From: Eremomyces bilateralis CBS 781.70
Lineage: Eukaryota
Direction: 5' to 3' (one strand)
DNA length: 64,000 bases
NCBI GenBank assembly: GCA_010015585.1
Contig: ML975157.1
The notes under the pieces were generated by a model that did not search any database, was not told where the DNA came from, and saw nothing but the letters and a program-made list of their open reading frames with translations. The position numbers and the translations under genes were made by a program. Numbering within the stretch: position 1 is the stretch's first letter; the number at the start of each line of letters is the position of its first letter. This document shows positions 48,233 to 60,000 of the stretch, piece after piece.

Positions 48233-49729
48233 ATGAATCCTCAAGTCCCCTCGCCTCTGGGCCAACAACCATATTGGTCTCCGCATCCGCCTCCGCATCC
48301 GCAACCTGGTGAGCAGCAGCCGCCGCCATCCACAGGACTTCCTCCTCCACCGCATGGTTCTGCTCCCGCTGCGAACGGTGCCTATCATCCTCCGCCACCC
48401 CAGGCTGTAAGTGCAATGATTCGCTGATACCGCGGTTCCACCCTAGTGGCAACGACGCGTGCATGGACAATGACTTCAGCTGACACTTGCATTTTCAAGA
48501 CATCCTCCCTACCACCCTTGATCGATCCTCGCGCGAACATGGCCACCGCATCTCCATATCAGCATCAGGGCATCCCTCCGCCTCCTCACGCCCACTACCA
48601 ACGCCCTCAGTACCAACAACCCCTTCCCGGCCCGCACCAGCTTTACGGCATGAACCATCCCGAGTATCCTGCGGGTTATTCCACCGCATCTCAGACGGCT
48701 CCTCGACAGAGGACCGCAATTGCATGCAAGTACTGTCGTCGCAGGAAGGTTCGTCATTTCCTCTCCCGCTGTTGCCAGCCAATGCTAACAGAGTCCCCCC
48801 GGTAGATCCGCTGTTCTGGTTTTGACACCTCGGAGGACGGCAAATGCACCAACTGCACGAGGTTCAACCAGGAATGCGTCTTTATGCCTGTTTCCAACAC
48901 CAATACGCAAGCGTTTGTGCCGGTGCATGCCGCCTACGGTCGGGGCCCGCCTCCACCGTATCAACAACTGTACGGACCTCTAGGAAATCCGCTGCCTCCG
49001 CAGCAGGACTCGTTCGGGCGCCCTGCACCACCCCCGGCGGGAGCGTACGTGCAAAGCCCGACCTCGCCGTATCCTCAACAAGCGCAGGCGTACCAGCCGC
49101 CTCCTCAAGGATACGACGACCGCAGCAATGGTAGGAAGAGACCAATTGACGAGCCGCACACCCCCACCCTCCCCCCGCCCAATCCTGGCGCGACAGCGCA
49201 AATCCCCCGGAACGGGGCCCCCAGTGCTACTCCTCGCGACTTTGAATACACGTATCCCGATCCAACAGCCCTTGGCGCTAACTCTACCGGCTCTCCAGCT
49301 TCCACCTCGACCATCCCCTATCACACTCCTCCCGCCCCGCAGCAGCCCTACTACGCCGCGTCCGCTGCAGCGCCCGGCGCGCACCCCTCCCCTCCCACCG
49401 CGTATCCGCCGCACGACCCCCCGCGCGCATCCGCCTCGCCGCACTCGCAGGCATCCCCCGCCATGGGTCCGTCCACCCCCGGCTCCGCCACCTATCCGTA
49501 CCACGGAGGAGCCGCGACAGATCCATCGCTGCGACCCTATGCGGGGCGCCCCGCCGATGGACGAACGCCGCCACCCCCGCCGACTGCGCCGCATGGCCCA
49601 CCCAGTCAGTCGGGCGCAAATGGTCAGCGTGCTGGCATGAGCATCAGTAGTATCGTTTCCGATGGGGCGGGCTCTGGTGAGCGGAGCAACGCGGACCGGG
49701 ACATGCTGAGCCGCCTTTCGCGGCCGTAA
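48233..49729 (+). CDS. Zn(II)2Cys6 transcription factor, McrA (multicluster regulator)-like; exons 48233-48406, 48500-48748, ~48807-49729
   Basis: Spliced RQRTAIACKYCRRRK|IRCSGFDTSEDGKCTNCTRFNQECVF (C-x2-C-x6-C-x10-C-x2-C-x6-C), Pro/Gln-rich flanks, no fungal middle-homology domain, C-terminal MSISSIV...ADRDMLSRL. The Zn2Cys6 call is secure; McrA orthology is from memory of the Aspergillus sequence. Confidence 0.88.
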
Positions 49730-51252
49730 GTTGTCCGGTGGTGCTGTTGTCTGGTGGGGATCGTGGAGGTCCTTTGAAGACGGGATTGTTTCATCGATGG
49801 TGCGTGAGCAGGCTCGCCCATATCGTTCGGCCAGCGGTGAACGGCCGGGGTATGCGCTATGCATAGATCCATGAATGGTTCCCGTTTCGCTCGGAAAAGG
49901 AATCCAGTCAGTCGTGGTTTTCTCCTCGGGTGTTTCTTATTGTTTCGGTTTCGGTATAAATGGGAAGAGGCTATCTGCAGCGTGTTTGTTTTTGCATCTG
50001 GGGTGCCCAACGGAGGTTCTCGTCTGTCTTTCTCGCACGCTGTCCGCGGTTTCCCGGCAATGGTTTCGTTGCTCTGTTGCATTTCATCTCCTCACCTCGG
50101 TCGCCTCTCCTCCGGTCGAAGCCTTTGACCTTTGCGGATCATTTGTTCTATTGGTGGAGGGGTCGCCGTTCATAGCTAGAGTGTCGGGCAACCCGCTCCA
50201 TACGGAAGGACCTGCCGTCGCCGTCTCCGTTTCGCGTTTCCCGGCGTTTTCTTCCTCGGTCGGTCTCAAACGATGGCACGTTTTTTTTCCCCAAAAGACG
50301 AAATTGATTTCCTAGATCGAGATATAGCTGCAAAGCTCCCATCATTTCTTTTTTCGCGGTATGCAATGGCTTGGTTCTGCTTGGTTCTACTTTGCGCATG
50401 TTCGATGATGGCATGGGAGAGGCTAATCTGATATGGGCTGGATGGCGGTGGTCTTGTCGATTGTAGTGTTTGCGTGGCGGATGGGGTTTGGGGGATGGAG
50501 GGAGGCATTATTATCATCGAGCGTGAGGCATGCAAATCTGTCTGGGATGGTGATGGTCCAACGGATGGTGAAAACAGGCGCATGGAGGGTAGAAATCCCG
50601 CTGTACGTTAAACATTTTTTGCCTCTTATCATCAACTGAGTGGGTCATTTCGGTGAAATATAAGGACGTGTCCAATGCTGGCCCAGCATGTTCTGACGTC
50701 GAATCGTGACTATAATATACGGACTAGGAGGGAGGCAGGTGGAGTGGTGAAATGATAGTTATCTTGTCCTGCCACCATGGATGAAAGGCACATTATATCC
50801 TCCTCTAACACCGGAAAGGTACCATAATTTACCTACCGACGTAACCATCAAGAGGTCCATGGTAGGCAGGCCGTTTCACTGAAGCTCATCAATGATATTG
50901 ACCACCCTGGGGATAAGCAGAAATCATCATTGAACCCTTCTAGTTGAACACTCATTGCGCCGTTCTATAATAACATAGCAATAACGTAAATGAACATAGC
51001 CAATTATCAATTCGTACATTGTCGCCACTACTATCAAAAAGTGTTTCGCTTATTACTTTGGCCGAGTAAATCAGCTCAATGTCTCAACGGAGTTAGGCAT
51101 GACGAGGTCCAAGGTCAGCACTCTTCATTGTGCGCATACATTCATGCACCTCTAATACCCTCAATTACATACCCAGGCGGGAATATCTCGACAGTCTCAT
51201 AACAAGGCATTAAGACTAAAAGTCTCTAGAAACAAAGTTGATCTCCGTCACC

Positions 51253-52914
51253 ATGTCAGATTTCCGTGTATGGGCAAAGACGTCGCTTTCGCGGCTACTG
51301 CCGTTAGACGACGATTCTCTTCATCAAATCTTGGAATACTCAGAGTCGCTACCATCGGATCAAGCTGCCGAGCACCTCAAAAACCTGCTAGGCGACTCCC
51401 CACAAGCATTCGAATTCATTTCGTCATTCAACGTCCGGCGCCCGAAAGGAAAATCGACACCGGGGTCTAGCAAGCCGAATGCTACGGCGTCGTCGTCAGC
51501 TCTGGAAGCACCGCGAGGGAAACCGAGAAAGAAACGCGGAGGCGCGCAGTTCAATAAGCTCCCGGCGGTCAGGCGCCTAGAAAATCATGGAAATGTCACG
51601 GGCGGGTACGTCAAGAAGGGCGAAGGAGACTACATGGCGTTCAATCGAGCGCCCGGTGGGAACTCCGCCGGCTTGTCGGATGCGCTTTCACTGAACGAAT
51701 CGCCCTCGGGACCATCGACGAAGGCCTCAACGAGAGAGGCATCTCCCGCAGCCCGCTCGAATGTGGGATCCCCAAGGCCAGGGAAACTGCCGCCGTCTGC
51801 AGCGGGGCCGCTGGTCTCCGACGCACTCTCTCGGACGTCATCCCCAGGGCCATCTTCTCGACCAAAATCCCATCCAAAACCCCCTGCGGCCCAGACTCTC
51901 CATATCACCGGCGGGACGCCGATGCAAGGAGCCAGCACCCTGTTATCAGACCTCGACTCCGCCATCCGCTCCCTCGAGAACCAAACCAACCCCACCCTCT
52001 CATCCGCCCCGGACGCCGCTCGAAAGTGCTCATGCCAGGCCCGACGTCATCCCCTCCTCGCCGCAGCGCCTAACTGCCTCGCGTGCGGCAAGATCATCTG
52101 CGCGAAAGAAGGGCTGGGACCCTGCACGTCTTGCGGCACGCCGCTGCTCGGCCCTGTGGACGTTCAGGAAATGCTGAGGGCGCTGAAGGAGGAGCGCGGG
52201 AAGGCGCGGATGGACGCGAACAACGCTGCTGCCCGCCACCGTCCGGCCGTCGCGAGGGGCGGCAGAGGTGGGTATGCGGGGCTGTCGCAGCCGGGGCTCC
52301 TCGGGGCGAGCTCTGCGCCGTCTTCCACGGTGCAGTCAAGGACCGCCTCACCGTATAGTTCCGACCGCGACACGCGGAGCGCCGAGGAACCCGAGATGGA
52401 CGCGGCGTTGGCGACCGCGACCAAGCATCGCGATAACCTCCTAAAGTTCCAGGCAGAGAACGCCCGCCGGACGCGCGTTCACGACGAGGCAGCGGACTTC
52501 GACATGCCGGCGATGACGCGCACGAACGTGTGGGCCAGTCCGGCGGAGCGCGCGAAGGAGCTGAGACGACAGCAGGGCGTGTTGCGGAAGATGGAGGCGC
52601 GGGCACGGCCGGAGTATGAGAGGAGGAGAGTGGTGGAGCTGGATGTGGGGAAGGGTGGGAAGGTCATTCGGAGGGTGCGGGTCTTGGATGAACCGGTGGT
52701 CGCACCCGAGGAGAGTGAAGAGGAGGTGGAGGGGGATATTGAAGACATCGCTGAGCAGGAGAATCAATCCCATATGCGTGGTGACAATCCCCTGAGGGGG
52801 AAGTTGGTCAAACCGGTCGCGAAAGTTTCTGGATCAGCGGCGAAAGGGAAGGCTCACGAGAAAGAATCGAGCTGGAGGCGGGTGCAGGATGATTTTTTGG
52901 ACGAGTCGGACTGA
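51253..52914 (+). CDS. RQT4: C2HC5 zinc-finger protein, Rqt4/TRIP4 (ASC-1) family, ribosome quality control
   Basis: N-terminal PWI-like region (LLPLDDDSLHQILEY..HLKNLLGDSPQAFEFISSF), CSCQARRHPL..PNCLACGKIICAKEGLGPCTSCG finger, and RDNLLKFQAENARRTRVHDEAADF. Confidence 0.9.
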   Translation: MSDFRVWAKTSLSRLLPLDDDSLHQILEYSESLPSDQAAEHLKNLLGDSPQAFEFISSFNVRRPKGKSTPGSSKPNATASSSALEAPRGKPRKKRGGAQFNKLPAVRRLENHGNVTGGYVKKGEGDYMAFNRAPGGNSAGLSDALSLNESPSGPSTKASTREASPAARSNVGSPRPGKLPPSAAGPLVSDALSRTSSPGPSSRPKSHPKPPAAQTLHITGGTPMQGASTLLSDLDSAIRSLENQTNPTLSSAPDAARKCSCQARRHPLLAAAPNCLACGKIICAKEGLGPCTSCGTPLLGPVDVQEMLRALKEERGKARMDANNAAARHRPAVARGGRGGYAGLSQPGLLGASSAPSSTVQSRTASPYSSDRDTRSAEEPEMDAALATATKHRDNLLKFQAENARRTRVHDEAADFDMPAMTRTNVWASPAERAKELRRQQGVLRKMEARARPEYERRRVVELDVGKGGKVIRRVRVLDEPVVAPEESEEEVEGDIEDIAEQENQSHMRGDNPLRGKLVKPVAKVSGSAAKGKAHEKESSWRRVQDDFLDESD

Positions 52915-53658
52915 TGGTGGGATTCAACTAGAGCACATAGATCACGCCGAGAGGCGAGGGGATATGGTTTCAAAAATATTGGAAGGCTAGATTTCGTCCG
53001 CACCTTGACTGTGCACAGATCGTAGCTATCTTAGAGTCGTTAAATCTACACCCTCATCACCATCATCAACCAGTGCCATATGTTCTCTATTAGATCCCAA
53101 TGCCCCAATATCAACAGGGCCTATCCACCATACCGCCCAAGCGGGATAGCAAACACATGCACGAGAAATGGTGCGGTGAGCTTCATCCTTCGAGATAGAG
53201 GGTCCAACATCGATTACCTCGAGCAAACAGTTCCTCCAACGCGCCTTAGTACCAGCTTCGTGCTCTATGCGAGTGAAAAGTTCATGACCGGGCCTCCCCA
53301 GTTGTAGTCCTAGATGCAACCGCGCGCAAGAAACACGACGAGAAATGCGAAAAGACAACGGGAGCGAAGCGCCTGGGTAGTAACGATTGACCAAATCGCA
53401 AAAACGTTGTGGAGCCCACTCCTGCCCGTATGATATCCGTGTAGTGACCACGACCGAACAGGAACCCATGTAGGAGTCTACACGATGCACACAGGACAAA
53501 TCAGGGCTCCCTGGAACCGGTGGGTTCTAAACAAATCCAAAAAGGGCCGCAAAAGCAAATAGAAACCCAGGGATATCAATGAAGAGAAGCGGAAGGAGGG
53601 GATGCAAAATGTTCGATGAACATCCCAAACCCCCCGATTAAACACGACGCCAATGGGA

Positions 53659-53819
53659 GACGGAGCGCCTGCCTCCTCCGTCGATGCAAGGGATGTGCAA
53701 CAATCCCATGGATATATTTTATGGAGGGGTATCACTGGAGAGAAGACCGTGGGCGCATCCGGAAATATCGAATGCGCCCAAAGGCTGTGGACAGAGCGCC
53801 AGCCTCCTCGGTCACAGCC
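53659..53819 (-). promoter_or_regulatory. Duplicated 24-nt hairpin element in the presumed areA 3' UTR
   Basis: Plus-strand gacggagcgcctgcctcctccgtc (53659-53682) and gacagagcgccagcctcctcggtc (53790-53813) differ at 3 positions and both fold back on themselves. Confidence 0.5.
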
Positions 53820-54125
53820 AGAGTTGATAAGATAGACGGTGGTAAATCGTATTCGGGGGGTAGAGCCGAGACAGATACGTCTCCTAATCGATGGCAATCG
53901 CGGGCGTCGACGTGAAGGTAGCGGCAAATGAAGGTATCGGCTGATATGACGGGAGTATGCGGGAGTATGAAGCCGGAGCGCTCTCCCTCTTGCAAAAATC
54001 GACGTGATTGAGACAAGGGGATCGGTTGTTCGAGGAATATAGGAGTCTCGCATAGCCCATGCTGCAAGCTCCCATGCTGCAAATTTCCCGTTCTGCAAGG
54101 AGTCGTCTGGAACGATTCGATGCTT

Positions 54126-57085
54126 CTACAAGCTCATCGTCAACCATTCCCATTCCTGTGGCCCAGCCGGCGCTCCAACCAGCGGCGTTTGCGTGATATT
54201 CGCCATATTGACCGTCATCGGCGGCTGCGACACCATTCCATGCGATTGGGCGATGCTGTGATCCCGTCTCCGACCCTGAGCGATAGCCGCGTGTGGGTGT
54301 TGCGTGAGGCCACCCGGTGCCCTACCGGCGGTGTCGTCCGCCGATTCCATGTCGATGTCTTGGGAGCCGACTTTGCTGTGCCGGCGGGATCGTTTGGGGC
54401 CCATGTTGAGGCCGCGCAAGGGAACCGCGCCAGCACCCGCCTGCTGCGGCTTTGGTGGTCCAGGGGCAATGGGTACGACGCCGGGCTTTGCGCTGTTGGC
54501 GGCCGCGGTCGCTCCCATCGCGGTAGAGTTTGCTGATGTACTGGTGAGAGGGCCACCAGTGCCAGATTTGGGGGACTCGGACTCGTTCGCGGCTCGTGGG
54601 GTAGCGGCGGGGGTTTGGACAATGGAGTTCTTACGGGAGGATTTCTTCGACGACCGGGTGGATGCGGATCCCACCGCTGGCATCGTATTGTTGCTACCCC
54701 GATTTCGTTTCTTGATGACATCCGTCTTGAGCGAAAGCGGACGCACAACGCCGTGTAATTTCAAGAACAGACCACAAGCGTTGCAAAGCGGGTGCCCTTC
54801 TGGGTTCCGACGCCACAATGGAGTCGTTTGGGTATAGCAATTCGTGCAGGTCGTTGGCGGGCCACTTTGGTCTCCGGGTTTACTTCCTCCTGGCGAGCCT
54901 GGCCGCGACGGAGCCGCAGAACTGAAGCCGGACTCGGGTGGTGATGAGGGAGAAGATTGCGGACGCTGATGGATATGCTGAAGGTGACCAGCCAACGCTG
55001 CGGCGTTGGGCGTGGAGGAGGTGCGGGGGATCTTCTGCTGACGGCGCGGATCGTTGCTTCGATTCCGCATATCACTCACAGACACTGCCGACCCTTGGGA
55101 GCGTCCCATATTGGATCCTCCAGCGGTCCATTCTTGCGGAGACGGCATCATCTCGGTCGGTCCTATGGTGACCGATTTTCGCGGAGGCCCCGCCGGGTAA
55201 CGCGCCGGAGTGGGATTGAATTGGTTGGTCAGATTAGTTTCCCATTGCAGTCCGGCGTTGAGCTCCATGCTAGGGTCATCCATAATATAGTCATGGGGGA
55301 TTGCGAGCGTGCGGTCCGCGAAAGCGTCTCCTGATTCTTCGTCGTTCTCTTCATCGTCGCCGCCAAAGGTGAAAAGCTCCGCATTTCGAGGCGGATGTTG
55401 CGGCAATACGCGCTGATTCGCAAAATCGTGGTGGAACACCTGGTTCGGCTCGACGTGGGCAGAGCCTGGGAACGAATGCGCCTGAAAGTTCGACATGGAC
55501 GAAGATGCGCTCATCGCACTAAACATGTTTTCGCTTTGCGGATCGAACATGTACGGTGCCGGCACGGGATTGGAAAGGTTGGACGGACGATACTGCCCGA
55601 ATCCACTAGCCATACGTCCCGTGCGGATGTCCATACCGTTGCGGTCAAAATACATATGTTCCCCGTCGGCGAGAGGCTGTGGTGTCGATGCGGCAGAAGG
55701 ATAGGTGGATCCTGGCGGAGAATAATAGTCGGCGGAATTCAAGGATGATCCCATGGCGGTTTGGTTATAGACATTGAAAGGGGCGTTGGTGGCCGGAGAA
55801 CCCACGGGCGAGAAGGCGAAGTGTTGTTGAATCGGGCCCGCTGAATTCATGATAGGGTCATGGTCGAGTCCAAAGGATGTATGGATGTCGAAAGGAACCT
55901 GGGAAATTTGCCTTTCCAAGGAATTGATTGCCAAGCCGTGCGGCTGCTGCTGGTCAAGGGAATAGTCGCCCATGGCAGCTTCCGAGTTGGCTTCGTCGGG
56001 GATCATGACGTTATGAACAGGGAACACCTGCGGTGAGCTTTCCGCCGGTCGTTTTCGAGGCTGCTGAATGTTAGAACTCAAGTTCACAGTGGCATGTTTA
56101 CTTCCGGCGATACGAACCCTACGTTCATCGATGCTGGTCTTGCGGACGTGGCGATGGACATAGCCAAACTCCTCGTCCTTCCGGACGTTCGGCGGTAACG
56201 CAGGAGCAGAAGCATGAGCTAGATGGAAATCGGTATCTTGAAGTTGTTGCTGCCTTCTGATGGGGATGGCGGAAGCGATCGAGTGCGAGGACGCTTGCGC
56301 AGCTTTGCCCTCTGAACCAGGTGATGGTGGCAGTCCTGCAGGTGACCCAACCGAAGAGGAAATGATAAAGTCGTCCAAGTTCATGGGCTCAGCCTGAGGG
56401 ACATGCTGGTCGGATGCCTTCCGCAATTGAGCAATCCCGCTGGGCGCGCTGGTTACGCTCAGTTTAGCTGTGGGTTTGCCGGAGCCGGCTGCAGTGGAGG
56501 GTGTGGTCCCGTTGCGAGCGAGCCTAATGAGGGAGTTAATCATGGTTATGGAAGAATGGAGCAGCCATGTACACACCCTTGGCGTTCCAATTCCATCTTC
56601 TTGAGGTTCATGGACATCATCCGCCAGGTTAGATTCTCCATGCGTTCGGAATTCGGCAGTTGCGCCTTGGTCCGACTGTAGAGCTTCCATATTTGCGTAT
56701 ACAATGGATCTTTCCGCTGCATATCTTCCGGACTGCTCATGTCGGCGCCTCCGGCGTCATCTTTCCATGTGGGGAAAATCGATTGGGAGAGCATTCCCTG
56801 CCGAACGGTGGTGTCGGTGGATGAGAAATCCAGATTGGAGTCTAGCGTGCCGGTGGAGGTGAGAGATTGGGCGTTCGAGGATGACGACGATGAGGTCTTC
56901 GCGTGGTCGGGAAGGAAATGTACGCGCCTTGGAGATGATGAAGGAAGAGAGTCGGATTCGAGAGGGAAGCCTCCAATGCCGGATTGCTGGAGCGAGTGAT
57001 GGGACAGGTGATTGTCGGCAAAGAGGTTGTTGGTCTGTGAGACAGAGCGCTCTCCCCCACGCTCCCCATATTGCGCCCCAGACAT
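54126..57085 (-). CDS. areA: GATA-type nitrogen regulator AreA/NIT2 (exons 57085-56577, 56523-56118, ~56060-54126)
   Basis: N-terminal [32 protein letters not shown], zinc finger [50 protein letters not shown], and the NmrA-binding C-terminus EWEWLTMSL. Confidence 0.97.
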
Positions 57086-60000
57086 CGTTGCCGAAGGAGA
57101 TGTTGCGCAAGTCCCCGGAGTTGCGGGTGCGAATGCTGAGACGTGCAGGACGGGAAACGCAGTGATGCTGAACGCACGTCGGCACGCAGACGGGAAAGGC
57201 GTTTCTTTTTCTGTTCCTTTGCGTACTCTACCGCTTGACAGCGAGCTCCAGGCCGACGAGGAGGGATGGTGGGAGATGGAAATGGAGAGGGACAACGGGC
57301 AGCCGGATGATAATAGTGGAGGGTAGGGGAATCCGGGAGTCAACCTGGTCGCAAGCGCGGCCAGTAGGAGGCGATCGGGACCAAATGGAAGAACGAGGTT
57401 GGCCTGAAAGCCGTATAATTTGCCCTTGGGTAGAACGCTAGCGACGCCGATGAGGCTGCAGGTGCGTGGGTCCCCTGGTACTCCGGTCTCTGGTCTCTGA
57501 GCTCGAGCCTTTGGGCTCTGGTGGTCAAGGTTTGATGGAGACGTTCACGTTGGAGAGGAGGATTAATAAATAGTGAGGGTCGACAATGGGAACTGGGAAC
57601 GGAAACAGGAAGAAGTGAAGGGGTGGGGTTGAGCGACGGGCGACGCCCACAAGCAGCACTAAAGACCGACGCCAGGGTTCCGCTACTCTAATGGTGTTGC
57701 GCGCAGCTTAGTATTCTCACTATTCTCCCGAAATATTATGATGGACTGGATGTCCTGGTGGTTTTGAGTGGGAGAGAGTGGGATGAGGCGTCCGGGTTGA
57801 GGAGCGAAGCTGGGGGTGGTTGTGAGATGAACTGAAGATGGTGGTGGGCTGGTGGCAATAATCCCCGCTTAGTTCCAGTCTGCTAATATTATTCAATCCA
57901 CGAATCGTCATCAGGTTCTTTTTTAGCTCTTTGGTCTTGTCACTCTGGAGAGTCTTTGGATAGTAGAGAAGTAGGAAGAGTTTGATATTCAAGATGGGAT
58001 TCTGAAGTACAGAATAATAATATGGTCTTGAAGTATGAATATTACCGTACCGACACCAGGTATTACGGTAAGGTTCTGGATACTTGGACTTGAATTATGC
58101 ATTCTGCATTACTAGTAGCAAGATCCTTTTTCATGATTCATCTTCAAAGTAACGAAGGATCGGGACTTCAGGAGCCTCTCCTAACACAATCCTAAGTTCT
58201 CCGACTCCTCCGCCGATCCCTCTGCGTTCTTCATCTCGTCCCTCGAACCTCATTCCCCAAGTCTCACGGACAGATCCTCAGATCCTCACCAACCCTCAGC
58301 CACCGAGCACTAACGCAACGTTAGCGTTCAACACAACTCTAGAAGATGCACCAAACTGGTGGAACACTGGTAGCCTGGTACGTACTTGGTAGGGACTCGA
58401 AATGCGCTTAGAAGTTCGAACCCTCGCCGCCGTCTCTCCACTACCGATGAATTATGTCCGATGTGATTCGTTCGTCGCTTCGCTGCAGACATGGCATGCA
58501 AGTATGCGACCCGTCTGGCGTCCTCATCTACATGTTTGTATTCTCGTTGGAACCGGACATGATCTCCTGAGTTCGGACTGCGCCCATACGCCGGCCGAAA
58601 TCCGAACCCTCTTATAGTTTACACGTAGCCCTATTCCATACATACCAACGAGTTGAGACAGCGAGCGCCAATCGAGTGGAAGAGAGCTTTATTAATCCGG
58701 TAAATATTTGACCGGTATGAGTATGACGCCTCCCGGTATCATGAATGAGTGATGGATACCGGGGTGGACTACATGTGGGAGGGGATCCCTGGCCGTGAAT
58801 TTACTGCCCTGGTGGCGGTGAATATATGCATATTTCACCAAGGATGCCTTCGAAAGTTGACCTTCGTTTCGAATATACCGGCACTCGGTGTCTATAGGAA
58901 TCGAAGCCGTTGTTAACCTTGGCTTGAGCCGGTATACTGAATTCATGCGACCAGAAAGCCACCGGGACTATTCCATCCCGAGAACCCCAAGTCCAAGGCT
59001 AAGGGAGGTCGAATGGAGCCTCAATAGCTTCCGAACCGCCCGGTGGCAACAATAACACCATGTTTTGCAGTTTGCCATTGTAGCTTAGATCTTGATATGA
59101 CATGATTACATCATTCTGGGAGAATCATCAGCGGGGCACCTCTTCACGTGCCAAACCTGAAGTGAACCGACCGTTGTGGAATTACGATTGTCCAGAACAC
59201 TCCACTAGGGGAGTGTGCATCAGAATGAACAGATGTTTTATATTCGGTTCCTCCATGCAAGTTCCGATCCGAATATATGTACTGTACATGTAAACAGTAT
59301 TCCGTAATGAGTACTTAGGACCCACCTTTTTCCTATCCAAAGCTGCCGTCATCCTATCGAATTCAATGAAACATCTTCGGCCCGACCGATCTAGTTAAGG
59401 ACCGGGAAGCCCCATCGAGGCTGCACGCCGTCTTCGGTGGTTGACGACTTACGACTTACGAGTCATATCTCACATGGGATGGTCTTAGACTCTGGAGAGT
59501 CGAGCACTAGAGGCGCTCTCAAATTGGTGCGATCCAACGAACCACACTGTCCCAAACTCAACCACCGCCTCCCGCCCCGGTTTCACCCGAATTGACCTGT
59601 TTTCGTGCAAATATCGGAGCTAATCTATCCCAACTTTCCGTTCGCTGGGTGTAGATTTGGCTAGTTACGGCTTTAATTTAACTTAGAGAGATGCATCTCG
59701 GGGATATTGGAATTTGCGTGCGGACTGGCTCGGATGGTTTCGGTGATTCGGTCCTCAAGTCCCAACGCTTGAAGTCCGAATTTCCTCACTCGGTCAGTCC
59801 TCACCAAGTCACCAGCCACCCCTGGTCAATCCTACATCACGGAACGAAGATGAAACCAAGACTCACAAGGAAAGTATTTACGATTATGGCAGCCGAACGT
59901 CCGTCAAGGAGAGGTCCATATATTGGCGCCATGGGCCCAACCGCCAAAGGTTCCACCGTCCAGTTCGAACGAAGTCAATGATGAATGAACATACCTAAAC

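Noticed and set aside
58042..58071. Inverted repeat ttaccgta/tacggtaa upstream of areA as an Mcm1 site
   Set aside because: The half-sites are too far apart for a CC(A/T)6GG-type box, and a single 8-bp inverted repeat is weak evidence.
58365..58435. tRNA-like segment (tggtagcctggta...gttcgaaccc)
   Set aside because: No acceptor, anticodon or T stems can be formed.
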